Assembly: GCA_903944345.1 (NCBI GenBank)
Contig: CAJARJ010000021.1
Coordinates: forward strand, 5,528 to 69,527
Source: Candidatus Omnitrophota bacterium
GTDB lineage: Bacteria; Omnitrophota; Gorgyraeia; Zapsychrales; Fredricksoniimonadaceae
DNA length: 64,000 bases
Direction: 5' to 3'
A model generated the notes under the pieces. That model saw only the letters and a list, made by a program, of their open reading frames with translations. It ran no database searches and was not told where the DNA came from. A program made the translations under genes and the position numbers. How positions within the stretch are numbered: the first letter of the stretch is position 1; each line of letters begins with the position of its first letter. Positions 1 through 9,246 of this stretch are shown here, in pieces.

Positions 1-697
1 ACGCCGCTCCAAGCAGCACGGAAGCTGCCATGGTTAAATCAGGTAGAACACAAAAAGGCATTGCATTCGCCAGAATGGCGCGCAGGCCTTGCTGGTTCAT
101 GTATAAGAGTGTTTTGAGAAGTTTTTGAAAAGCGGGGATTTCAGATCGGGGATCAGTCAAGGGAAGAGCCATTGGCCGGAAGAGCTCCCAGCTGTTAGGA
201 CGGAGAGTTTTTATAAACAGGAAATAGGCCGGAAGTCTGTCCAGCAGAGGTTGGGAGATAACTGTACCAACTCGGAAAATAGGAATAATTGTACGCAGTT
301 GGAAAAGATGGCGAATTTTTTCTGTAAAGGAATGCTGTGCATCATTGGTCAGTTCTTTCTCCGAGTCGGCATCATGGCCTTGCAGAGACACCAGAATGTT
401 GTCGACAGTCCTGGCCAGAACCTGGCGGGTGGCATCCGGAAGAATGGTTGCGTTGGTGTTTAGCAGAACATAAAAGCCCATTTGCTTGGCCAGCGAGAGC
501 ATTTGGAGCAGTTCGGGATGAAGCAGGGGCTCTCCACCGGTAAAGCGAACTGCACGGATGCCGAGAGCGAGTGCTTCGTCAAGAACGGTGCGCACTTGGG
601 CAAAGGAAAGTTCGGTGTGGGCTTGTTTGATGCCGGTGCAATAACGACAGGAAAGGTTGCAGCGGGCGGTGATTTCAAAAACAATCTCGTTGGGCAT
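1..697 (-). CDS. Radical SAM domain protein, partial (C-terminus lies beyond the window start); not in the ORF track because the ORF is open at the window edge
   Basis: Reverse-strand translation from the ATG at ~695-697 reads MPNEIVFEITARCNLSCRYCTG...FTGGEPLLHPEL..., i.e. a CxxxCxxC rSAM cluster motif followed by a GGEP SAM-binding motif. The ORF runs off the window with no stop. Confidence 0.6.
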   Translation of the reverse strand, partial: MPNEIVFEITARCNLSCRYCTGIKQAHTELSFAQVRTVLDEALALGIRAVRFTGGEPLLHPELLQMLSLAKQMGFYVLLNTNATILPDATRQVLARTVDNILVSLQGHDADSEKELTNDAQHSFTEKIRHLFQLRTIIPIFRVGTVISQPLLDRLPAYFLFIKTLRPNSWELFRPMALPLTDPRSEIPAFQKLLKTLLYMNQQGLRAILANAMPFCVLPDLTMAASVLLGAA

Positions 698-1103
698 ATC
701 TATAACAGGCTGTATCCGGGACAATGGATAGGAAGATTTTGCCGGCCAGCCGGGGCACTTTCCCTGCAGACAACAACTGCCGCAGGCCTCAATGGTTCGG
801 GTTGTTTGTTTTCTGAGCCCTGGATAAAGGATGCGGTGTCGGGCATAAGGCAGGAAGCAGAAAGGGACGCCTCGCAATACAAGAAAATGGGTGTCCTTAA
901 CGCTGAGCCAGACAAGTTCCAGTATTTTGTATATGGTTGGAGTGAGTTGGCCGGCATCGACGTCAAGGCAAAGGAAAAGATTCTCGGAGGTGACAAGAAT
1001 ATTATGTCGCTTGAGCAGCTTGGCTAGACTTGGGTAAGAGTTTGGGTAGTTCATGGAAGGAACATTATAACATAGCCGGGGTCGTGTCAAAGGGGCGGGC
1101 ATA

Positions 1104-1856
1104 ATGCAGAGACCAAAAATTTTTATACGAGATGACGATGCGGGAGTTTTGTCGGAGGAGTTCTTGCTGTTTCATCAGATGGTTCGAGATCTTTCCGTCC
1201 CAGTGGTTTATGCCGTCGTTCCCTCTTGGGTTGACAAGAGGTCTGCGGCCTTTTTTCTGTCCGAGAAGAAAAGCGCAGGTTCGAGCTTTGATTTGGTGCA
1301 GCATGGCTGGGCGCACATTAACTATGCAGACAAGAATGACAACAAGTATGAGTTTGGCCCGCGCAGAACATATCAACAGCAAGAGGAAGATATCGGCAGG
1401 GGAAAGGATTTGTTACGGGAGCTGTTTGGGGAGCATTGTGTTCCGGCTTTTGTGCCGCCTTTTCACGGTTTCGACAGCAATACTGTCGGGGTGATCGAGG
1501 CGGCAGCTTTCAAGATATTCTCAGCCGGGCGGAATACCGGTTTTCGCTGGCAGGGGGTGATTGATTTGCCGGCTGGCGTTTATTTGAATGAATATGTATC
1601 GGATGGACGGTCGTTTTGTCTGGATGGTAAGCAGGCGCTTAGACGGTTGTCCTCCGCTCTTAAAACGGCCCCTTTAACCGGATGCCTGTTTCACCACGAA
1701 GCTTTTCAGCAAAAAGAGGGGATTGATCAGATTTATTTTTTTCTGCGGGCAGTTGCCAAGTTGCGCGAGCGCGGAGAGTTGGACATCATTCGGTTTTCCG
1801 ATCTTTGTCGGGAGGGGCGGCTGGCCGCAAGTCCGCAAGCAGTTGATACAAAATAA
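1104..1856 (+). CDS. Hypothetical protein, possibly a divergent polysaccharide-deacetylase-like (NodB/DUF2334-like) enzyme
   Basis: 250 aa. N-terminal FIRDDD and HGWAH motifs recall carbohydrate esterase 4-type deacetylases. I matched no other conserved blocks by eye. Confidence 0.3.
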   Translation: MQRPKIFIRDDDAGVLSEEFLLFHQMVRDLSVPVVYAVVPSWVDKRSAAFFLSEKKSAGSSFDLVQHGWAHINYADKNDNKYEFGPRRTYQQQEEDIGRGKDLLRELFGEHCVPAFVPPFHGFDSNTVGVIEAAAFKIFSAGRNTGFRWQGVIDLPAGVYLNEYVSDGRSFCLDGKQALRRLSSALKTAPLTGCLFHHEAFQQKEGIDQIYFFLRAVAKLRERGELDIIRFSDLCREGRLAASPQAVDTK

Positions 1857-3726
1857 GCTTGCAGCTGGTTTCTCTCCAAAAGAATCCCTGCCGTTTCTGA
1901 AAGTACATTTCCAGATCTGGGTTTCCTGGAAAGGCAATCAGTCTAAGGGGCATAAAATGCTTTAGCGGGTCAAGATAAGGATAGCGGACAGTAAGTCGCT
2001 GCTCTGCGAGTGTTTCGAGAGAGTAGCTTTGGCCTTCTTTGAGGGCGATTACGGATCCTTCGATGTTAAAAGAGTTATCTGCGTTAAGAAAATAGATTTT
2101 GGTGCTTAAGGGCGCATGCAGTAAAAGAGCAAAGAGACGATTAAGATTCGCATCGTACGCAGGATCCAACTCGAAAGAATAGAGAGCGTTGACCGGTAAG
2201 TCAAGCCGGTCGTTTTTATAAAGAGAGAATTGCAGGTCTTTCGAGAAGCGGTTGTTTGAAAGAAAAATCACCGGAGTTTCTGCTGATATTGAGCGAAGGT
2301 CATCAGCTAAAGTCTTCCCCAGTCCGCCGGTTAGCTGATTGATTTTAACAGACAGTTGCCGGACTGTTATAAGGTTTGACGCCTGATCCAACAGACCTAT
2401 AAAGAGTCCCGACAGGACAAATGCAAAGAGTCCGTGTGCGAGTTTGTTTCGGCGAAAAGATAGAGTGTTGTTAAGGAACACCCTGATGTTAAACAGAAGA
2501 ATAATGGTCAGGAACCCCAGGCTGTACATCAGATAGATTTCATTAAGAAATACAATCAGGCAGGGGAGCCAGGAAACAATAAATATAACGGGGAATATCC
2601 GGTGAATCCGGAAAGATGAATAGGCGATGGCCAGAATAAGAAGAGAAGAAATTGCGGCAGAGGCGAATGTTCCAAGTATGGGGGCGTCTGTCAGCAAAAA
2701 GAAAAAACTCCCGACAGCCAGAAGTGTGCCCGTGATTTTCCACGCAAGGGGTTGCCGGTAAAGATTAAAAATATTGGCAAAAACACTTAATATGCCCAAG
2801 AAGACAATAGTTGGAGGCAATGTAAACAGCAAGTGGCTGAAAAGATTGAATTTGAAATTCAGCGTGGCAACTCTTTCCCATATGCGCAGGCTCAGATAGG
2901 TTGAGGTGAATGTCAGGTTGTGATGAGCAATCAAATTAAGCCAGAAAGCCGGAGAAAGCGAGTAGCAGAAAAGTGCAGAAAAAAGAGTGATCAGTCGCCA
3001 GTCTTTTTTGTGGCCAAAACATTCGCAAAGCAGCAGCATAAGGCTGATGATTCCGGTGTATTCTTTATAAAGAGGGCCACATGCGCTAATCAGGAGAATT
3101 GGTGTTAGCCAGACCGGATGAAGTGTTTTTTTAAAGTAAAAATAAGAGATAACGGCAGAGTTGATGGCTAAAGGAACAACCGCGTGAATGCCGATAGTTT
3201 GCCAGGTTGCATTCAGTGAGGGTAAAGAGAACATCATAAAGAATGAGGATGCCAGAGAGAGCCAGAAATCCTTAAGAAAGATGTATGCCAAGGCGAATAA
3301 TGACGCTCCCGCCAGGCCCAGAAAGAACGAATTGATAAGAATCGGAAGCCAGGGCCAGTCATGAATAATGTGTGATGTCAGAACAATAAGTGAGCCAATA
3401 GTAATTTCCAGGGGGCGGTAGAAGTGGGCTTGAATGGGTCTGGAGTTGTGGGTTTCGGGGGTTTCTTTCCATATGGATAATGAATTCTGTGCATAGAATT
3501 CGGAAATACTTCGGATGTCCTGCCGTTTGACAAGGTCTCGGATTTGCAGGATAACACCGGTTTCATTGAAGATGGGTTCAATATTCTTGCGCAGGCCGAA
3601 CGTAATCAGGGTGACTGTAAAAATAATGGCTGAAAAGATGGCAAGAAATAGGGTGCGGGAAGAAGTCGGCATGCTATCCTTTACTGTAGGGCAAAAGCAT
3701 TGGAGCTTGGATTCAAGAGGGTTCAT
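1786..3726 (-). CDS. Large polytopic membrane protein (GT-C / O-antigen-polymerase-like topology); function unknown
   Basis: 646 aa, with one N-terminal TM helix, then a ~70-aa loop, then >=10 hydrophobic helices and a ~200-aa hydrophilic C-terminal domain. Its 3' end overlaps the convergent gene 1104..1856 by ~70 nt. Confidence 0.45.
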   Translation of the reverse strand: MNPLESKLQCFCPTVKDSMPTSSRTLFLAIFSAIIFTVTLITFGLRKNIEPIFNETGVILQIRDLVKRQDIRSISEFYAQNSLSIWKETPETHNSRPIQAHFYRPLEITIGSLIVLTSHIIHDWPWLPILINSFFLGLAGASLFALAYIFLKDFWLSLASSFFMMFSLPSLNATWQTIGIHAVVPLAINSAVISYFYFKKTLHPVWLTPILLISACGPLYKEYTGIISLMLLLCECFGHKKDWRLITLFSALFCYSLSPAFWLNLIAHHNLTFTSTYLSLRIWERVATLNFKFNLFSHLLFTLPPTIVFLGILSVFANIFNLYRQPLAWKITGTLLAVGSFFFLLTDAPILGTFASAAISSLLILAIAYSSFRIHRIFPVIFIVSWLPCLIVFLNEIYLMYSLGFLTIILLFNIRVFLNNTLSFRRNKLAHGLFAFVLSGLFIGLLDQASNLITVRQLSVKINQLTGGLGKTLADDLRSISAETPVIFLSNNRFSKDLQFSLYKNDRLDLPVNALYSFELDPAYDANLNRLFALLLHAPLSTKIYFLNADNSFNIEGSVIALKEGQSYSLETLAEQRLTVRYPYLDPLKHFMPLRLIAFPGNPDLEMYFQKRQGFFWRETSCKLILYQLLADLRPAAPPDKDRKTE

Positions 3727-3807
3727 TTGCCAGACATTCTACCGACGATTGTGTTTTATTCTAACAATCTCATGGATGCTTGACCAGACTAAATTGTTGT
3801 TTGATAA

Positions 3808-4827
3808 ATGCATCAAGATCGCGGGTTGAGTGGCGAATCGCGGCGTTTTAGAAAGTGGCTTAAAGATATGGGAAAACGGCTTCAAGCAGGGAAAGTTGAG
3901 CGGCCATCAATTCTGGTTGTCGGTTGCGGGGCTTTGGGCACGGCCTGCCTGTTTCATTTGCGAAAAATAGCACAAGTATTCGGGTATGATTGTGACCGAG
4001 CCAGGAGTGAGGAGCTTTCCCGTGCTGGCGCGGGATTTCTAGGTGCCGGACGGGTCAGGCCGGTTGTGTTTAATGTCGCAGCAACCATGGAATGTTATCG
4101 AGGCAAAGTATTTGACGGTGTAATTTTCGCGACCAAATGCCGGGGGCTCCGCCCTGCGGTCCGTGTTTTTTCAGCATCAGGACGTGCCACAAGGGTTTTG
4201 TTCTTGCAGAACGGAGGAGATGATCTGCTTTGGGCCAAGTCCCTTCTAAGAGGGAGCAGGATTTGCCGGGGAGTAACCACAATGGCGGTCAGCTTGCAAG
4301 AGAGAAGCCGGGTTCGTCTTTATACAGCCGGAGAAACATTTCTGGGATCAATTGACAGGCAGAGGGAGGGTGCGCAATGGTTTGCTCATGTTTTTGCTGC
4401 TGCCGGATTGAATGTGCACCTGGTTAAGAATATTGCAGGAGCGGTATGGGCGAAGCTGATATTTAATGCGGTTATGAATCCGCTGCCGGTTTTGTGTTCG
4501 CAGAGCTATGCGGTTCTTCATCGGGATCGTTTATTGTATGCTTTGGCCAGGGATGCGATTAGAGAAGGAGTTGCTGTTGCGCGCAAGGCGAAAATTTGTC
4601 TGGCGTTTGATCCGCTGGCAAAATTGCGCGCGGTTCGTGAAGGAAGATTGAACACGGATAATTATTTTGGATCTATGTACGCGGATGCGACCATGGGTCG
4701 GGCAACAGAAATTGAAGAACTCACCGGATTGTTGGTGCGTCAGGCAAAGAGGCTTGGGGTGCCGGTTCCCCGGCTGGATACAATCTATGCTTTGACTCGG
4801 GCCAGACTTGAGAAAAAAGATGGATGA
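3808..4827 (+). CDS. Ketopantoate reductase (PanE/ApbA) family NAD(P)-dependent oxidoreductase
   Basis: Rossmann motif ILVVGCGALG near the N-terminus; KLIFNAVMNPL and SMYADATMGRATEIEELTG blocks typical of the 2-dehydropantoate 2-reductase family. The true start may be the internal M at ~3868. Confidence 0.55.
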   Translation: MHQDRGLSGESRRFRKWLKDMGKRLQAGKVERPSILVVGCGALGTACLFHLRKIAQVFGYDCDRARSEELSRAGAGFLGAGRVRPVVFNVAATMECYRGKVFDGVIFATKCRGLRPAVRVFSASGRATRVLFLQNGGDDLLWAKSLLRGSRICRGVTTMAVSLQERSRVRLYTAGETFLGSIDRQREGAQWFAHVFAAAGLNVHLVKNIAGAVWAKLIFNAVMNPLPVLCSQSYAVLHRDRLLYALARDAIREGVAVARKAKICLAFDPLAKLRAVREGRLNTDNYFGSMYADATMGRATEIEELTGLLVRQAKRLGVPVPRLDTIYALTRARLEKKDG

Positions 4828-5998
4828 AAATATTCTTCGACAAATGACAGGTTTGCTGCGCGGGTTTGCAAAATATGACCAGCGTTGGCAGCTTGACGGA
4901 GCCCTGAGAAGTTATGAACAGATCCGGAAGCTTCCGGTCATGTCACGGGAAGATCTTTTTTCCCATGTTCTTAAGTATGGGCTGAAGAATGCCAGTAATA
5001 TTTCTGCGACATCGGGTTCTACGTCTTGCAGTGTGTTGATCGGACATAGTCTGGTGGCTTATCGTGCGCATTTAGAGCGGTTGGTGCGTCTTTATAAAAC
5101 TTTGCCTGTCGCGCGGGGCTCGTTGTGTCTGAATATGTGCTCGTATGCACTTAATGGCGGCGGAAGACTGATGGAGGCGGGATATAAGGGGGCAGGATAC
5201 AGGGTGGTTGCGCTTGGTCCGCTTGATATGGAGTTGAAGGCGGATGAATTGCGGAGGCTGGTGCGCTGCCTGCGTCCAGCAATGGTCAATGCTTATGCAA
5301 ATCAACTTTATGGATTATTTTCGGCCATTGGCCTGGACAATCACGGGATCAGGCTGTGCGTGGTTAATGGCGAACCCTTGCTGCGAAATTACAAGAAAAC
5401 AATTGAGCGTTCTGCCGGGGTTGAGGTCTTTAATCATTACGGGGCCATGGAAATCTCAGGATTGGCTCTAGCCCGACGTTCAGGTGATGTGTTTATGCGG
5501 GTTGAGCCGTACGGGCTTTTGCTGGAGGTTCTTAAGGATAACGGACAATCGGGGTTATCTGGAAGAGGGGCGCTGCTGGTTACAGATCTTTTTAATCGCA
5601 GTATGCCGGTCATTCGCTATCAAATTGGTGATCGGGTTGATCTGGTGCGAAGAGAAGATGGATTCTATATCAAGGTTCTTGGGCGTCAGAACGGGTCTTT
5701 TCTTTTTGACGGAGAGGTTTATGCCACGCAAGAGCTGGAAAGTGCGGTCGCAGAAGTTCTGGAGCATTGCGAGTATTATTTTGTGATCCGAAAGTCGGAG
5801 GACACGGGGAAAGACGCCATGGAGCTAAGGATAGTTGGAAGACAAGACAAAGGGCTTCTTGGCCGGCTGGAAAAGGTCATGATTGAGCGTTTTCGCTTTG
5901 GTCGGGCTGTGCGCGTGCTTGGTGTTTGTGCAGCCGTCCCGCGTACGATTACGGGGAAAATTCGCCGGATAATGGATTTACGGGAAAAAGATATATGA
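4808..5998 (+). CDS. PaaK/F390-synthetase-like adenylate-forming enzyme (ANL superfamily)
   Basis: AMP-binding P-loop-like motif ATSGSTS; C-terminal PRTITGKIRR block typical of phenylacetate-CoA ligase / CapK-like adenylating enzymes. Its stop overlaps the next start (ATGA). Confidence 0.55.
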   Translation: MRKKMDENILRQMTGLLRGFAKYDQRWQLDGALRSYEQIRKLPVMSREDLFSHVLKYGLKNASNISATSGSTSCSVLIGHSLVAYRAHLERLVRLYKTLPVARGSLCLNMCSYALNGGGRLMEAGYKGAGYRVVALGPLDMELKADELRRLVRCLRPAMVNAYANQLYGLFSAIGLDNHGIRLCVVNGEPLLRNYKKTIERSAGVEVFNHYGAMEISGLALARRSGDVFMRVEPYGLLLEVLKDNGQSGLSGRGALLVTDLFNRSMPVIRYQIGDRVDLVRREDGFYIKVLGRQNGSFLFDGEVYATQELESAVAEVLEHCEYYFVIRKSEDTGKDAMELRIVGRQDKGLLGRLEKVMIERFRFGRAVRVLGVCAAVPRTITGKIRRIMDLREKDI

Positions 5999-6996
5999 TC
6001 GCAGTGCATGCGCTCTTTATATATTTGACAGGACGTTGTCCGCTAAACTGTACCTATTGTTATTTGCGCAGACGTTCTGTGCGGGATTTATCCTGGCCGA
6101 CCGTTGTTCGAGTTCTGGATAGTATATCCAGAGATCTGGGGCTACCCCGGAAAATTGTTATCAGCGGCGGGGAGCCTTTTTTATGCTACCCAATGCTCAG
6201 AAAGCTTGCTCTGGAGGTGCGGCGGCGTTTTTCCTGGTTGCCTTTATCGGTGCAGAGCAACGGCTTGTTGCTGGACAAAAACAGGATCTCTTTCCTGAGG
6301 GCTGTGCAGGCCGGACTGGAAGTAGGGATAGATGGCAAAGAAGAGACTACGTTACGGCATCGTCGGGGACTTACCGGCAGTATTTATAACCGCCTTCTCG
6401 GAAATATTCGTGCTGCTGTCCGTTCAGGACTGTCGGTCAGTTGTACAATGACGGTTCATCCGGATCAGGTGGAGCATATGGAAGAGAATTTTATTTTTTT
6501 GAAATCCTTAGAATTGCGGTCAATTGACATCACCCCGGCCGCGTTTATGCTTTGGACGGACGCCTCGGTACGGGATTTCCGCAGGAATTACAGCCAGATT
6601 CTCCAGGGACAGTCAGGGCAAGGAAGGGTTCTGGTCGCGGAAGATAAGAATCTTTTTGGTGAAGCTTTCTTGGATCTTAGCGTCTACCCCGACGGAAGCG
6701 TGCTCTGTGGTGATGCCTATTCTTGTCTACCAGCCGGGGTCAAACGGGCCAGAAGCTTGGTTCTGCCATCGGGTCAGCTTGAAAAGAAACGGTTAAATTT
6801 TTTTGTCCGGCAGTATGCATCGCTTTGGAGGTCTGGGAGTTCTTGCAGTTACAGAGATTATGTCCGCAGGAGTTTCGAGATTGTGGATCGTTTGGCCGGA
6901 GGTGCTCTTGATGCGGGTCGGCTTAATGAAATGATGCGTTTTATAGGTGGGGCGAATTTGAGGTTGGTTTCAGCTGAAAGAATTTGTCCGGAATAA
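5995..6996 (+). CDS. Radical SAM protein; paralog of 22139..23152
   Basis: CPLNCTYC (CxxxCxxC) at the N-terminus when started at the internal ATG at 5995, which overlaps the upstream stop. GGEPFL SAM-binding motif; LSVQSNGL block shared with the 22139 gene. Confidence 0.8.
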   Translation: MIAVHALFIYLTGRCPLNCTYCYLRRRSVRDLSWPTVVRVLDSISRDLGLPRKIVISGGEPFLCYPMLRKLALEVRRRFSWLPLSVQSNGLLLDKNRISFLRAVQAGLEVGIDGKEETTLRHRRGLTGSIYNRLLGNIRAAVRSGLSVSCTMTVHPDQVEHMEENFIFLKSLELRSIDITPAAFMLWTDASVRDFRRNYSQILQGQSGQGRVLVAEDKNLFGEAFLDLSVYPDGSVLCGDAYSCLPAGVKRARSLVLPSGQLEKKRLNFFVRQYASLWRSGSSCSYRDYVRRSFEIVDRLAGGALDAGRLNEMMRFIGGANLRLVSAERICPE

Positions 6997-7687
6997 AAGA
7001 GTCTTGGTGTGGCCGCTTATCCATCAGCGTATAAACAGCGGTATTGGCACGCAGGATGTTGGACAGGGGTTGTTTGTGCCGACGTAGCTCAAAAGGTATG
7101 TCCAGGGTTGTGGCAATAAACGGCAGGGATATAAAGGGTGCGAGAAATCTCAGTTGATGGACAGCTGCTGCGCGGCGGTGCTGGATGAGGGAGATCGGTT
7201 CTTTGGCCAATAGAAGTTTCTTTAGGTATTTGTCGGAGGAGCATAGAACGTCATCGGCGCCCATACCGCTGAGAACCGTTTGGATGTCCTGTTGTTTCAT
7301 CAGGGTAAAAAGATGATCAGCGGCCGGCAGATATTGATCAAGGGAGTGTTGCCAGCGACGGCGTTGCAGAATTCTTAAATGTGCCTGGAAGATTTCCAGG
7401 CTAATGGGAACAGAATGGAAACGAAGAGACAGTCGACGGGCAAGATTACGACAGTGACGGATGGAGTGCTGGTTATAACTGGCGCAGGATGAGTCAAGAA
7501 TCTCGGCAAAATACAGTTCCGGGGACAGGTCTTGTGTGATGCAGGCAAGGGTGGTTGAGTCGATGCCGCCAGTAAAAAGAATTGCGATATGGCCTTTAGC
7601 GCAGCGGGGACGAATGGTTTGCTGCAGAACGGTTTCCAGTGATCGGCGTTCAGCGGGCGCAGATGAGGGTGAAGACTTGCTTATCAT
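6941..7687 (-). CDS. Asparagine-synthetase-like PP-loop (ATP pyrophosphatase) domain protein, short form
   Basis: AILFTGGIDSTTLA (SGGxDS PP-loop) and SGMGADDVL blocks as in the AsnB C-terminal synthetase domain. At 248 aa it has no N-terminal glutaminase domain. Confidence 0.5.
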   Translation of the reverse strand: MISKSSPSSAPAERRSLETVLQQTIRPRCAKGHIAILFTGGIDSTTLACITQDLSPELYFAEILDSSCASYNQHSIRHCRNLARRLSLRFHSVPISLEIFQAHLRILQRRRWQHSLDQYLPAADHLFTLMKQQDIQTVLSGMGADDVLCSSDKYLKKLLLAKEPISLIQHRRAAAVHQLRFLAPFISLPFIATTLDIPFELRRHKQPLSNILRANTAVYTLMDKRPHQDSFIPDKFFQLKPTSNSPHL

Positions 7688-7702
7688 GAAGGAAATTATA
7701 TC

Positions 7703-8416
7703 ATGCTTGCAGCGGTTGCCGCGCTGAAAAATGTGTTACAGGGTTGCATGCCTTGCGTAACGAGCAGACGCCGGATAGCCATCCTTTTTACGGGCGGACT
7801 GGATTCTACGGTACTAGCGGCTCTTGCTGCTCACCAGCGGCCTGTTTTGGTCTTTGGGGTCGTACTTGATCGGGATTGCCGGGTTTATAACGCCCGGTCT
7901 ATTCTGTATTCGCGGCGTATCGCCGCTATTCTGGGACTTACGTTTAAAACAATCGGGATAAGTCAGCGGGATTATCATGACGGAATAAGGGCGATGTTAT
8001 CAGCGGGCGTATATTCAAAAGACAGAGATTTGCCTGCGGCGGCTTTCCTTGTCAAAGCCCTACGAGCTCAGGGGGTGGGAGGGGTGGTGAGCGGTATGGG
8101 GAGTAATGAGCTTTTCTCTGCCAGTAAAAGAACGTTATCGATGATTCCAGAACTGCAGGCAGCTTACAGTGAACATCGCCTGCTGGGTCGCGCAGAAAAA
8201 ATTATCTTTCGAGCGCCTTTTCTTGAGGAGCCAGTCATAAAGGTTGTGCGTGGACTTGTGCGCTCGGGGCATGCGCGTACAGACGTTCTGGGAGCGCTTC
8301 TGGCCGGTTATCCGGATGTCTGCCGGCTGATGAAAAAGAGAGTGTCCGGACATTCTATGGTGCCTAAAAGATTCTTGCCGGTTCGGATGACAGTCGAACC
8401 AGAAAAGGGTGTATGA
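7703..8416 (+). CDS. Asparagine-synthetase-like PP-loop domain protein, short form
   Basis: AILFTGGLDSTVLA PP-loop and VSGMGSNELF block; 237 aa. It diverges from 6941..7687 with only ~15 nt between the annotated starts. Confidence 0.5.
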   Translation: MLAAVAALKNVLQGCMPCVTSRRRIAILFTGGLDSTVLAALAAHQRPVLVFGVVLDRDCRVYNARSILYSRRIAAILGLTFKTIGISQRDYHDGIRAMLSAGVYSKDRDLPAAAFLVKALRAQGVGGVVSGMGSNELFSASKRTLSMIPELQAAYSEHRLLGRAEKIIFRAPFLEEPVIKVVRGLVRSGHARTDVLGALLAGYPDVCRLMKKRVSGHSMVPKRFLPVRMTVEPEKGV

Positions 8417-9246
8417 GAAAATCTGTTATGCCTGGCATTCCTCCGCAGGAGGCTGTTACTGTTTACGGGGGGTATGTGCGATATTATCATTCAACCGAAT
8501 CATGTCGTGATTTGGCAAGGCTGGCCGAGGAACGCAAGCTAAAACAGGTTCTGGCCTGTTGTGGCGGAGGTGATCAGGCATTGACTCTTTTGGCCGGACT
8601 GGATAAAAAAGGAATCTTTTGGGCATTTGATCTTCAACCGGCTCAGTTGTTTGTGCTTGCGGCCAAAGCGCTTTATCTGCTGGAACGTAAAAGCCCTCCA
8701 TTTTATCCGTCCTTTTCTGTGATACAAAAGATGTATCCTGGCCGTATTTCTGCCCAGCCCCCGGATCGACGGAGAGTTGATCGATTATACGATGCCCGGC
8801 TTAAATGTTTTAGGGATCCGTTCAAAATGTTTCAGAAAAGATTTCTTTATGAATGCGACGGAGGATTGTTTGAGGACGGGCAGAGAACCCCATTCTGGTC
8901 CCGGGATCGGGATTACTGTCAGTGTATTTGCCGGAATATTGTCCGGCTCAGGCTTCTACGGGGAGATTTGTTCTATCTTGATCATTTTTTTAAACCGGCA
9001 ACAGTTGATTTGATATATGTGTCGGATATTTCTTTGGTTGCCGCCCAGGATTTCTTGTTGCAACGGATATCAGCGACTGTAGCCTTGTTGAGGCGAGGGG
9101 GGTGCCTGGCAGCTAATGCGGATTCCGGGGAGAGGTTTCTGGGAAATGGGATTTCGGTAGCTGATATGCTGGAGAGAAATTCTTCCCGACTGGGGCTAAT
9201 GGCTGGCGGGGTCAGCGGGGCGCTCAAAGTTTTTGAGAAGGCCTGA
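8413..9246 (+). CDS. DUF3419 / BtaA-like class-I SAM-dependent protein (homolog of 3-amino-3-carboxypropyl transferases); paralog of 18373..19296
   Basis: Blocks VLACCGGGDQALTLL, AFDLQPAQLFVL and DLIYVSDI resemble the BtaA/DUF3419 motifs VLSI(S/T)SAGCNxLxLL, AVDLNPxQ and LSNIxDW. GGYVRYY is conserved with the paralog. Confidence 0.45.
   Translation: MRKSVMPGIPPQEAVTVYGGYVRYYHSTESCRDLARLAEERKLKQVLACCGGGDQALTLLAGLDKKGIFWAFDLQPAQLFVLAAKALYLLERKSPPFYPSFSVIQKMYPGRISAQPPDRRRVDRLYDARLKCFRDPFKMFQKRFLYECDGGLFEDGQRTPFWSRDRDYCQCICRNIVRLRLLRGDLFYLDHFFKPATVDLIYVSDISLVAAQDFLLQRISATVALLRRGGCLAANADSGERFLGNGISVADMLERNSSRLGLMAGGVSGALKVFEKA

Noticed and set aside
125-1027. Plus-strand track ORFs 125..463, 337..543 and 482..1027, and minus 460..684 and 700..996
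   Set aside because: They overlap the minus-strand partial radical SAM gene, whose CxxxCxxC and GGEP motifs are unambiguous. They show no recognisable motifs, and several use TTG starts. Treated as spurious.
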